64,000 nt of DNA from Hyaloraphidium curvatum SAG 235-1 (lineage: Eukaryota; Fungi; Monoblepharomycota), in NCBI GenBank assembly GCA_025558095.1, contig JAIVFI010000040.1, positions 1 through 64,000 on the forward strand, in the 5' to 3' direction. This document shows, in pieces, positions 44,813 through 55,314 of the stretch. The notes under the pieces were generated by a model that made no database searches, was not told the DNA's origin, and saw nothing but the letters and a program-made list of their open reading frames with translations. Within the stretch, counting starts at the first letter, position 1, and the number at the start of each line of letters is the position of its first letter. The translations under genes were made by a program, and so were the position numbers.

Positions 44813-46351
44813 ATGTCGCAGCCGTCCATCGTCGCCGCCCTGGACTTCAAGTCCAGCGAGAGCTACCTCGCCTTCCACGCCCGCGGCGCCGCGCACGCCG
44901 TCGCGCGCGACTATGTCGCCGAGCTGGTCCCGCTGGAGTGGGAGGACAAGGCGAGCCTCCTGCCGCCCGGGGACGGCGCATCGGCGATCGAAAAGAGGAC
45001 GCACGCGTACGCGGTCGGGAACTACGAGCGGTACCGCGCGCTGCACGGTCTCCCGGCGCCCGCCTCGGCATTCGGCGAGCACGCGCGGCCGACCCGCGCG
45101 CTCCTCGCCGGCCTCCGCGTCGCCCGCCGCAGGGGCGCCGCCGCCGCGCTGCGCTACATCGCCGCGGCGTTCGATGCCTACGCCGACCCCGACGCCGACA
45201 TCGAGCTCCCCGCCGGCGTGGAGGCGCTGCTCAACAGGAGCGGGGTCGCGGCCCCGCCGGGCTCCGTCTCGCACGCCCTGGCCGAAGCCGGCGAGGCCCC
45301 GATCCGCGCCACCGACGTGCTCGACGCCTCCCTCGTCCTCCGCCCGCCGAGCTTCCGCGTGGGCAGCGTGGCGAGCGTGGACCACTTCGGCCTCTCCATG
45401 GCGCGGCTCCACTTGGAGCTCGCCGGCGCGAAGAAGCGCAGGCCGGACGTGGTGCCGGACGTACCCTGCCTCGGCCCATCGTCCCACCTGCCCCCGGACG
45501 CACCCGGCATGCCCCTCGGCCCCACCCGCCGCGCCCTCCTCGCCGCCTACGACGCGCACTCCCTCCGCCCGGAACACCCCACCCCGGAAACGGCGGTCGA
45601 CATGTACGTCGACGTCAAGTCCCCCCACGCGTACCTCGCCGTCGACATCTTCCGCTCCCTCGAGCGGGACTTCCGCGTGCGGCTGCGCACCCGCCCGTTC
45701 GACATCGCGCTGGACCGGATCTACGGCGACGCCGTGTCCGCCCCCGTGCCCAAGCCCGGATCCAAGGTTCCCCCGCCCACCTCCAACCGCGCGCGGCACC
45801 AAGGGAGGCCGCAGCGCACCGAGGCGCAGTGGAAGAACGTCAAGTGGACGTACGCGGACCTCCGCCGCCTGGCGGGGCTCAGGGGGATCACCGTGTTCGG
45901 GCAGGAGAAGGTGTGGGATTCGCGGCTGGCGATCATGGCCGTCGCGTTTTCGGAGCGGTACGGGCGGAGGGCGCAGGACCGGTACGTGGACGAGGCGTAC
46001 CGGCGCACGTGGAGGCGGGAGCTGGATCTGGAGGACGCGGGGGCGATCGCGGACTTGGTCGCGTGGGCGGCGGGACGGCCGGATGCAAGGGAGGCGTTCC
46101 TCGCGTACGCCGCGCCGGACGGGCCGGGCTGGTCCGAGCTCGCCGCCGTTCAGGCCGAGGCGGAGGGGTTGGGGATCTGGGGCGTGCCGGCGTTCGTCGT
46201 GGGTGGGGAGATGTACTGGGGCAAGGACCAGGTCCCGCTGGTCAGGAAGAAGCTGCTGGAGATGGGGCTGGCGAGGCACGGGGGGGTCGGGGCGGAGGTG
46301 CCGTACCTGTGGCGGCCGGCGGAGGAGGAAGGGGGAAAGGGGAAGCTGTGA
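44813..46351 (+). CDS. Tandem-domain DsbA-like / HCCA isomerase protein, paralog 2
   Basis: ALDFKSSESYL, YVDVKSPHAYL and GIWGVPAFVVGGEMYWGKDQ; colinear with 8915-10399; intronless. Confidence 0.87.
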   Translation: MSQPSIVAALDFKSSESYLAFHARGAAHAVARDYVAELVPLEWEDKASLLPPGDGASAIEKRTHAYAVGNYERYRALHGLPAPASAFGEHARPTRALLAGLRVARRRGAAAALRYIAAAFDAYADPDADIELPAGVEALLNRSGVAAPPGSVSHALAEAGEAPIRATDVLDASLVLRPPSFRVGSVASVDHFGLSMARLHLELAGAKKRRPDVVPDVPCLGPSSHLPPDAPGMPLGPTRRALLAAYDAHSLRPEHPTPETAVDMYVDVKSPHAYLAVDIFRSLERDFRVRLRTRPFDIALDRIYGDAVSAPVPKPGSKVPPPTSNRARHQGRPQRTEAQWKNVKWTYADLRRLAGLRGITVFGQEKVWDSRLAIMAVAFSERYGRRAQDRYVDEAYRRTWRRELDLEDAGAIADLVAWAAGRPDAREAFLAYAAPDGPGWSELAAVQAEAEGLGIWGVPAFVVGGEMYWGKDQVPLVRKKLLEMGLARHGGVGAEVPYLWRPAEEEGGKGKL

Positions 46352-46595
46352 TTGGGTGTGCGTGGGAATCTGGAGGGGCGGGAGACGGGCCGGGCGGCGA
46401 AGCGGATAACGGAGGATGGGCGACGAGGGATCTTGCCTCGCGGTTCTTTTTTAAAGTGCAGTGCGATTGCAATCAAAGCTTACATGCTGGGCCGGGTACT
46501 TCTCCCGTTCCCCCTGCCCCCCTTTCCGCTCCCTCGCGAGTTCCCGTTGTTTCTACCGACCGGAATAGGCTGGTCTTCGTCCCCCGGCTTCGCAT

Positions 46596-49117
46596 CTACT
46601 CCCAGTTGCCTCTCCCGCCGCTCTGCTGCGACTTCCCCGTGTCGCGAGTAGGTCCCTTTATCTTCTCCGGTCCCGCGAGCCCATCGTCGGGAGCGCTTCC
46701 CCCGCCTTCGTCGTCCCCCTCGGCGTCCCATTCGCCGTCCTCGCCGCCGTCCCCGTCTCCGCCCCCGCTCTTGATGTTCTGCTGCACCAGGCGATCCCGG
46801 ATGTCGATGAACTTCTGCGGCACCTTGTTGCCAAAGTCCCGCGTCGGGGGGACCAGGGGCTCCGCCTCGATCTCGTCGAGCAGCAGCGCGACCGGGCCCT
46901 TGGCATCCGGATTCATGTCGTTGTCGAGGGGATCCTGGTTGGCCTCGCTGGCGAGGACATCGACGAGGTCGCCGACGAAGTCGTTTGTGCTGGGGCGGCC
47001 AAAGTTGAGGCGGGGACGCGGCTGGGTCGCGGCCTCGGTGATCCCCGAGTTTTCCTTGTTGTCGAACTTGGACGCTTCGATGCCGCCGCGGACGAGGTCG
47101 CCGAAAGTTATCTTCATCCGCTTGAAGAACGGAAGCTGGAGGAGCGTCATGGCGCCCGACACCCTGAAGGCAAGTGGGACGGGGTGAGACGACACACAGT
47201 ATCAGGCGGCGTGCAGGACGCCAACGAACCGCTTCACCGGGTCCGGCTCGAGCATCTTGGTGAGCAGTTCGACGCACTCGTCGATCGACTGGTCCGAGGT
47301 ACCGAGCATATGCATGTACGTTCGGAAGAAGTTGAAGTCCATTGGCTTGGTGTAGTCGGGCTCGTAGCTGCGAGCCGGAAAACCAGTTAGCAGGCCAGCA
47401 GAGACAAGGAATCGGTCCAGATGGAGCCGCTCACGCACGCACCGACTCATTCCTTTGACGTGGGGGAATGGACCATACTTCGCCTTGACGGCAGCATAGC
47501 CAGTGAACAGGCTTTGAGGATCACATAAGCACACCTTCACGAAACGTGACGACCGCACCCACTCGTAGATCGTCATTCCGAGGGCAAAAGAGTCGATGGG
47601 CTTTCCGTAGACTGCGCCCGGATTTTCGCGCATGATCTGCTGCCGCCTGGAGCGAAGTTGCAAATCAGGGCATCCGTCGTGTTCACGTGCGCCTACCAGC
47701 CGGGCATCTCCTGCGCGAATTCGCCCTTGACCCGGTTTCTAATCGTGGCAATCTCGTTGGGCGTCAGTTTCTTCGAAGGCAACTTCTCCGCGTTGGCGGC
47801 AACGGCCGCGTCGTAGGCGACCTTCTTCTCGGCACGCTTCTCGGCGAGGAGCCGCTCGAAGATGGAGATTACGGCGTCGTTCTGAAGGGTCGAAATACGG
47901 CGCTGGACGCGGGGAAGGTGAGGTTCCGTCGCACACCGGTGCGCGGACGACACCGCGTTCGTACCCACGGCTTCCTGCAGCTCCGGTGCCCTGTAGGACG
48001 GATTGTCGAGCTGCAGATGCATTTTCCCGGGGATTAACAGCCGCTCCTTGTAGTTGTATACCTTCCCCTTCAACTCGGGCGCGTTCTGGGGAGTAAATGC
48101 CACCGATCCGAGGTTGCTGAGAATGTCCTGGTGTACATAGAGTCAACTCGAGTCCCAGTCATGCCCGTAATGACCCGCTCACATCCCAGATCACTTTCGG
48201 ATCGTTCTTGATTGCCAGACCGAAATCAGTGAGGCGAATGTGTCCGTCCGCCCCGACAAGAAACTGCTCCATCTTGATGTCGCGGTGGAGGTAGCCTTTC
48301 GAATGCAGCATGGCAAGGGCGACGATCATCTCGCCCACAATCATGCGAGAGTTGACCGAGTCCAGGTCCAGAGCCCCTTTGTAACGCTTCTCCATCACGG
48401 ATTCGAGAGACCCTTCGTGTGCGAGGTTCAGGAAGATCTTCACGTCGGGGCCCTTGTTCGCCGTCGGTCCCGTGATCTGTGAGCCCAAGTACCGGACCTG
48501 AAGGCAAGAAACCGCGCGCAAGCGGCGTCAGTCTCCATGACCGCGCCGCGACGCCCGCGACCCACCATGAACGGCAGCCCGTTCACGTCGTCCATGACTT
48601 CGATCTCGTACTTCAGCATGCCGAACTGCTTCGCGGCCACTTCGGGATCATTGTCGAACACCGCGTCCTTGATGATGATGGCCGGTTGCCTTCCACGTGC
48701 CGCCCCCATGACCTTGAGGGGCTTGGCCCGGTAGATGACGGCCTGGCTCTTGGTGAGCTCCTCCGTCTTCCACGCCGACATAGTGAGGAGGTCCCTCCTG
48801 AGCATGCGGACCTGGGCCCGGTCGAGGAAGTCTGTCTCGAAAGGCTTGAGGGCCACGAGGAACCGGTCCGGGCGCCGCGCGGGGGCCGAAGGAGCGTTGT
48901 TCTGCCCATTGTTCTGCCCGTTGTTGTTCGCATTGTTGTTGTTGTTGTTCCCCGGGCGCTTGATGTTCTTTCGGTTCGAAGCGTTGCCGGGCCGGCGCCG
49001 GCCATTGGCCTCCGTCGCCGCGGTTTGGTCGAGGAGCAGGAGCAGAACCAGCGCCAGCGCCAGCCCCGTAAAAAGCGCGCGGCGCGCGACGAGGCGCATC
49101 GACGCGTCCGACGCCAT
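46596..49117 (-). CDS. Multi-exon Ser/Thr-type protein kinase with signal-peptide-like N-terminus
   Basis: RRALFTGLALALVLLLLLDQTAA leader, Asn-rich linker, IIIK, YE, LHRDIKMEQ, TDFGLA, SYRAPE, IDSFALG and KMLEPDPVKR. Confidence 0.82.
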
Positions 49118-49406
49118 TGGGCCGACGGGAGCCTCGAGCTCTGGTCCTGTCGGGAAGGCGGGCGCGCGGCCACGGTGGGTCCAGCCCCGTCAAACTCAGA
49201 GCCGACGAGGCCGTTTCAGCGTTCAATGATCGGGCATACCGATCCAAAAAACAGGGAAACACTTTCTTCGAAGGCATGAAGTTGCACCTAGCTTTGTAGC
49301 CCCTAAAGAGCTGTCGGCGTTTCCTCACGGTCTAGCGCGCCCAAGCCAGAGCGCGGGGCACAAATCGGGAGATGATCGCTATGTTCTTGCCGGTGCTGCT
49401 GCTACA

Positions 49407-49610
49407 GGCCGGTACCGGCGGCTCGATCATGCAGTGGTGCGCGGGGCACGAGGTCTCGATCGGGTTCCTGCCCAACTACCTCCATCTTGCCTTGCTTGGC
49501 GATGAGCGGGGCAAGGATCTGGCGCTGGCGTTGGTGGAGTGCGTCGAGGAGATAGAGCGGAGAGAGCAGGGAGATTCTAAGATGTAGTCTAATGGAGCGG
49601 ATCCATGTGG
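49407..49610 (+). pseudogene. Duplicated 3' fragment of the beta-lactamase-family gene (copy of 54801-55004)
   Basis: Near-identical 204 bp encoding AGTGGSIMQW..EQGDSKM*. Confidence 0.92.
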
Positions 49611-49612
49611 AG

Positions 49613-50829
49613 GCATTCCAGTCTTTGGCAGGCATGGGCTTCACTCGGAGTCGCCGGCGCAGCGCGCGGGCACCGGCACAGCTCCGGCCCCGGCCCCACG
49701 GGCTCTCCGTCTTTTTGGCCATCCAGAAGCGAAGCAGCTAGTGCTTCGGCACTAGAAGAATCTGACAGAAGGTGGCGCCGGCAAGCGACCAATGCCATCG
49801 CGTCTATCGGAAGATCCGATCGACGTTTCCGCCCGGCCGCGCCCGTTGTCTCCGTCTCCGGCCCCATCCGGCCCATCAAGGATCCGATTCCTGGATTCCA
49901 TGGCTCCCGCGCCGCCCGGCGACGGCGACACTCGGGTCATCGCATCGACCGGCCCGTCCGATCGATTGTGAGCCCGAGCCCGCCGTCTCCGCCCGTGACG
50001 CGGCGGCCATCTGATCCAGCCAAGTCCAGCCCGAATGGTCTGTCGGTGACGGTGGGACCGCAGAGCGCAAAAAGGGACGGCGGGGTTGGCCGGCCCTCGA
50101 TCGCGGTGCTGATTCCACCGTCCCCGAGGCCTCCCTGCAACTGGTGAAGCGCCCCTGTTCGTCACACGCGCCCGTCCGCTGCTGGCTCTTCGCTTTGACA
50201 GCGGCTCCTGCTCTTCATCTCATCGATGGCGCGCGGCCGTCGACGAGTCGATGCAGCGCCGCTGTCTTCCGCGCCTGCCCGCCGTTTCATTGCCGTTGGG
50301 AGAAGCCACCTCGGTTGTCCTTCCGCCGTGGCCCAGCGGTCCTCCGGCGACGGCGAGCTGCAACGTACGAGAACACCGATCGTCGCCGGGATCGCCGACG
50401 AAGATCGATCTGCCCGGAAGATCGCCGTCATCTCCGTTCGGCTTTACGCCTCCGCCCCGTCCGGCTGACCTCTCCGCTCCTTGCGCGGTGCCTGCGGTTT
50501 CCTCCCGGGCCGGTGTCGCAGCTCCCTAGATCGATCCGGCGACGGCGGCAACGTACAGCGCCAAATGAACGGCTTCTGCAGTCCAGCCGTTGCCGCGGAA
50601 CGCCGCGGTCTCCGGCCCCTCGGTCCGGCGGGGAGGCGTAAGAAGCCCGGAGGGTCGGTCGCGTCCCGTCCCGAACGCGGTCCCGCCGACAGCAGCCCTA
50701 CACCCAGAGGGATTGATGGGTATACTTGTCCGCCCATCACCGCGAAGCATCGAGCGGCTGTCTGCGAGTCGGGAACGGGTGATGACGTGGAGCTGAAACG
50801 CGGGACCGCGGGCCGGGAGCCAGGTTGAG
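49613..50829. repeat. Non-coding repeat, copy 1 (about 1.2 kb)
   Basis: Colinear with 56993-58118 from gcattccagtctttggc to ccgggagccaggttgag. Confidence 0.92.
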
Positions 50830-51089
50830 GCGCTGCCAGCAAACTCGGGAACGAGTCCTATCCCAAAGAAGTCCCGGAAGCTGTCCGACGCCTGCTTATA
50901 CGACTCCATCGCGGCCTCGATGGCGGTACCGTCCGCACCGGAGCCCAACTCGTGCCGCAGTTTCTCGAGGGCGACAACCCTCTCGGCCGTTACGGTTCGC
51001 ATGGCGTTCAGGAAGCGGTCCTCGGGACTCGGCTGCGCGGGGCCGGACGTTGCCGGCCCCGCTTGCATGCCGTTCCCGTCGGCCGCCAT
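50830..51089 (-). pseudogene. 5' fragment of a gene truncated at the repeat boundary
   Basis: Protein-like helical segment PEDRFLNAMRTVTAERVVALEKLRHEL..YKQASDSFRDFFG that reads straight into the repeat. Confidence 0.45.
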
Positions 51090-51251
51090 GCCGAGGGCAC
51101 GCTGTCGAAGACAGCCCTCCGAATATGGCGTTCCAATAGGCCGGCTACTCCGCAAGACCTGCCCAAGCGCGATAAACAGAAAGGGACTGCGGACAAACAG
51201 ACGGCGGGCAATTGACGACGGCCCGCAGGACAGCCTGCAGGAGGTAGAAGC

Positions 51252-52783
51252 ATGGCTTCGGACGCGCTGCTTCCTGCCCGGCTCTCCGACCCCGAGCTCC
51301 TCGCGCTGCTTCCCGCGGAGCCGCCGCGTGGAGTACCGCCGCCGTGGGAACCGCCAGTGGAAACCGACCCCGCGGCCGCGGCGCGCCGTGCGTCGCCGCT
51401 GACGCCTGCTGAGCTAAAGGTCGCGTTCCCGCCGTCGTCGGGGCTCCGTTTGCTTGCGGAAATTGCCGTCGCACTGCGGCCGTACGCGCGGCTGCCGTCT
51501 TCCCCGCGCTGGCCGTTACGTGGGTGTACGGCGAGCAGGTCTTTGGCGTGCGGCAGCGGGCGTTCGCGACTGCCGCGAAAGTTTTTGAGTTTGCGTGCGT
51601 CCTGGTACTGCTCGCAGCAACGGGCTTCATGGTGCGCGAACTGGAGCCCGCCGGCGGTGGTTTGGACCCCGAAACAAAAGGGAAGGGAGCGGAGCCCGTC
51701 ATGGATGACGATGTCATGGCACCTCTCGCACGATGGTTCCAACTGATTGCGACCCGCGGCGAAGCGGGGCGTGCAGACGGAGCGAATGGTGCCGACAGTG
51801 GTTCGAGTGTGACGCCTTCCACCTGGCCGCTGATTGCGCACGTCGATAGGGACCCCTTCTGCCCTTGTGTTGGGGCACCGTGCCTGGGCTCCCTGCCTCG
51901 GCGCACCGTCGCGTCCTTCGCAGCGTTCTGCGGCATCAATTTCTTCTTCTTAATGGGCACATACGTCATCCTGGCCAACTATACCCCCCTGTTTACCCTC
52001 GCTGCGGACACATGGACCCACGTTTGGAGTGCAGTCGCCTGCACCTTGGTGATTCTTCTGCAGGCATCGTACCAGCTCCTTGCCCAGTTGACGTTCGCGC
52101 GGAACGACTCCTCACTGCAGGCCACGAGCCTCGAGACGCGTCTCCAAGTCCGCGCCTTCCGCCTCGCCCTGGGCTCCCTCGTCAGCCGCTTTCGGCAAGC
52201 CGAGCTTTTCGCCACCGACCTACCTCCCGAATCGCTGCCGATCCCTGCGGACGCTGAGCTCCACGTCGTGCTGTTCCGCGCCCTCGCCCCCACATGGCGG
52301 TTCCGTGCCGCCTACCACGGCGTGCTGCACGCCCTCATCGTTGGCCTCTTTTTCCACCACCTACTTTCTTCCGTCTTCTACCTGGTCGGCGGAGCGTGCC
52401 TGCCCGCGTATGAGCTGATGGCCTTGGGCTACTACCTCTGCTTCGTGTTCCTGCAGCTCGGCAACCTTGTCCGGAGCAACGCCAAGCTCGACGCGGTCGC
52501 GCGGTTGTTTGCCCAGGCCCGCGCCGAGCTCCGCCTGCTCCGGATCCGCCTCGGGCCCGCGGGCGGGCCGCTGCGGGACCGCGCCGCGGACGCGATCGCG
52601 GCGCTTTCGACCGCGCTCGAGGGCGGCGCGGACATGCGCGCCACGTTCCTGCGCGTGCCGGTGTCGGTGGGGCTCATACGGACCGCCGCAGCGTCGCTGC
52701 TGACCGTCGGGCTGGCGGCGTTCGGGCTGCTGCGTGGGGCGGGGGTGTACGTGACGGTGCAGAATGTGTGCTGGGCGACGTGA
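51252..52783 (+). pseudogene. Family B multi-TM protein copy 1, one frameshift near 51488
   Basis: N-terminus (DPAAAARRASP) in ORF 51252-51746, remainder in the frame of ORF 51524-52783; shares HxxxDxxCPCxGxxC and the C-terminal pattern with 55315-56923. Confidence 0.7.
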
Positions 52784-53391
52784 GGGGCAGGTGCATGGGA
52801 TCTTCCGGATCGTGACGGCATTGCATTGCAATAGCGATGCGAAGAACTCAACAACCACCTCGTCTGGCTTGTCATCACCTGGCCTCCGACCCCAGACTGG
52901 GGACTCCACCTTTCCGGGATCGCGACGGGGCCTGTTCCGTAGATCGCCACGGGGAGGGTCTTGATCCTCGAGTTGGAAATCTCGGCAACAGACGTAGGAA
53001 CCACTTTCACCGTCGTGGTTGCCGGTGAGGGTCAGATTTTCTGACGGTCTGCAGCGGGCTGGAGCTGTTCAAGCAAGAGCGCGGGAGCCGATTTTCTCAC
53101 TAGTTCAGATGCCGCCGACGGCTTCCGGACAGCACTTCGCCGGACCTGGGCCTCGAGGCAAGGCATCCTTACCGATAGTCGGGACCCTTTCTTTTGAAAG
53201 GATTGAGTCCGTGGCATCAGGAAGAAGATGCTCCGCTCCCATTGTCGTGCTCGTGCTGGATGGTCGGTGGGAGAGGCGGTGTTGCGCACCAGCCATCCAC
53301 GGCGGCAATGCCGGCGGGAAATGCCCTCGGCGGCATCTCGCGACGCGCATCCCGCCCCTCCGACAGGTCCTGCTCCGGTCTACCGTCCACC

Positions 53392-54981
53392 ATGGTGACG
53401 CGAATACCTCCAGTGTCGACGTTCTCGACCGACCCGCCGCTCTCCGGCTTCGTGGCGCCGGGTTTCGAGGCCGTGCGGGAGCGCTTCCTCGCGCAGCTCC
53501 GTGCCGCTCCGGGAAGCCTTTACGAGCAGCTGGGCGCCTCTTTCGCCGCCTTTCACCGGGGCCGATGCGTGGTCTGCCTCTTCGGAGGGTGCGGAGCGCC
53601 GGCCGAAGTCGCTGCGCGGCCTCTGACGGTCCCGCTTGCAGATGGGAGGACCAGAGCCGGACAAGGCCCTTCGGCCCGGAAACACTCACCGTCATCATGT
53701 CCAACAGCAAGACGATCACCGGGATTGCGGCCGTCAAGATGATTTCGGAGGGGAGGCTGCGGTGGGACACGCCCGTCGCGGAGCTGTGGCCCGAGTTCCG
53801 GACGGGCCACAAGGAGGGTGTGACGGTTCGGGACATTCTCGAGCACCAGGGCGGCGTCGGATGGATGGTGCGGGCTTCCTTTCCTGCTTCTGCCCCTCTT
53901 TGATGTTCTTTGTGCCGCTAGGACAGGGAACACATTCCGACTATTGACGAGGCGAGGGACCTTGACCGGATGGCGGCCAAGATCGCAGGCCAGCCGCACA
54001 ATTTCGGCGGCAAGCTGGTCAAGTCCTATCACGGGATCTCTGGTGGCTGGTTTCTCAATGGTTCGCGGTTCCGCGGCTCGGCACGGACTGCAGTGCTGAC
54101 TCCCCGGATTTGCAGAGGTATTCCGGCGGGCGCACCCCGAAAGAAAGACCCTCGGCGAGATTCTTCTGGGCGAGATCAACGCTAAGCTCGGGATCGAAAT
54201 CTACTGCGGCCTTCCCTCCGCCCTCCAGAGCCGAGTCTGCCGCGTGGTGATGGCTCCTTCGATGCTCTCCCCTCCCTCTCACCCCATTCCCGCCGAGGAC
54301 GGCGACCCTTGCACCATCATCTTGAACCCGGAACACGAGGAGAAATCTCTCACGAGGAGCTTCTACACCGGCATCCGCGACATTCCTCCGGAACCGGCGA
54401 ACGAAAGGACCATTGCCAACAGCCGGCGCGCGCTCGAAGTCGAGACGCCCAGCGGCTTTTTGGTTTCGAACGCCTACAGCATGGCAGCATTGGCGAGCAC
54501 CATGAGTCGGAAAGGGGAAGGATGGCTCGCGGATGAACGGACGTGGGAAGAAGCCCACACCTTGGAGCACCGGAATCTGGGTGAGCTCCTCGCCCGCAGC
54601 TGAGACTTTCACCCACTTACCTGTCCTCTTGCAGACCAACGCGACACGGTCATAGGAACACCGATCCGGACAACGTGGGCCGGCTTCATGTTGTCTGATC
54701 CAGGTGTCGCGATTCCCGGATGGGGCGTGGACTGGGTGACCGGCCGGCGGCGGACTGTCGTTCCCGAGGCCCGGAGACCGGGATGGGAATGGACCGGCTG
54801 GGCCGGCACCGGCGGCTCGATAATGCAGTGGTGCGCGGGGCACGAGGTCTCGATCGGGTTCCTGCCCAACTACCTCCATCTTGCCTTGCTCGGCGACGAG
54901 CGGGGCAAGGATCTGGCTTTGGCGCTGGTGGAGTGCGTCGAGGAGATAGAGCGGAGAGAGCAGGGAGATTCTAAGATGTAG
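53392..54981 (+). CDS. Beta-lactamase-family serine hydrolase, about 4 introns
   Basis: GFVAPGFEAVRERF, SNSK (SxxK), WDTPVAELWPEF, VTVRDILEHQGG, YHG and GWAGTGGS. Confidence 0.9.
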
Positions 54982-55314
54982 TCTAATGGAGCGGATCCAC
55001 GTGGCACGGCGCGGGGGTTTCGGTGCGGCTCGTCCGTCGACCCCGCGGGCAGGTTCTACCCGGGCCAGCTGCCGGACGGGATCCTGCCGGGGCACGCCAA
55101 GTGGTTCTACCGGGGGTGCGCGACCGATGCGGCGCCGGTGAGGTGTCCGCAGCGGCCGCTGAAGGCGTACGAGGGGTTCGGGCCGGACCACACGGCGTGT
55201 CCAGAGGGCAACGGGCTCTGGTGTGCGTACTAGAAACTGTACTGCGGGGATGCAAAGACATGGTTGACGGTGCGAGCTGTCCGCGGGCCAAGAATCCCGT
55301 GTCCCGGCGGCCGG

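Noticed and set aside
48893-48950. (TTG)n microsatellite
   Set aside because: It encodes the Asn-rich linker of the kinase
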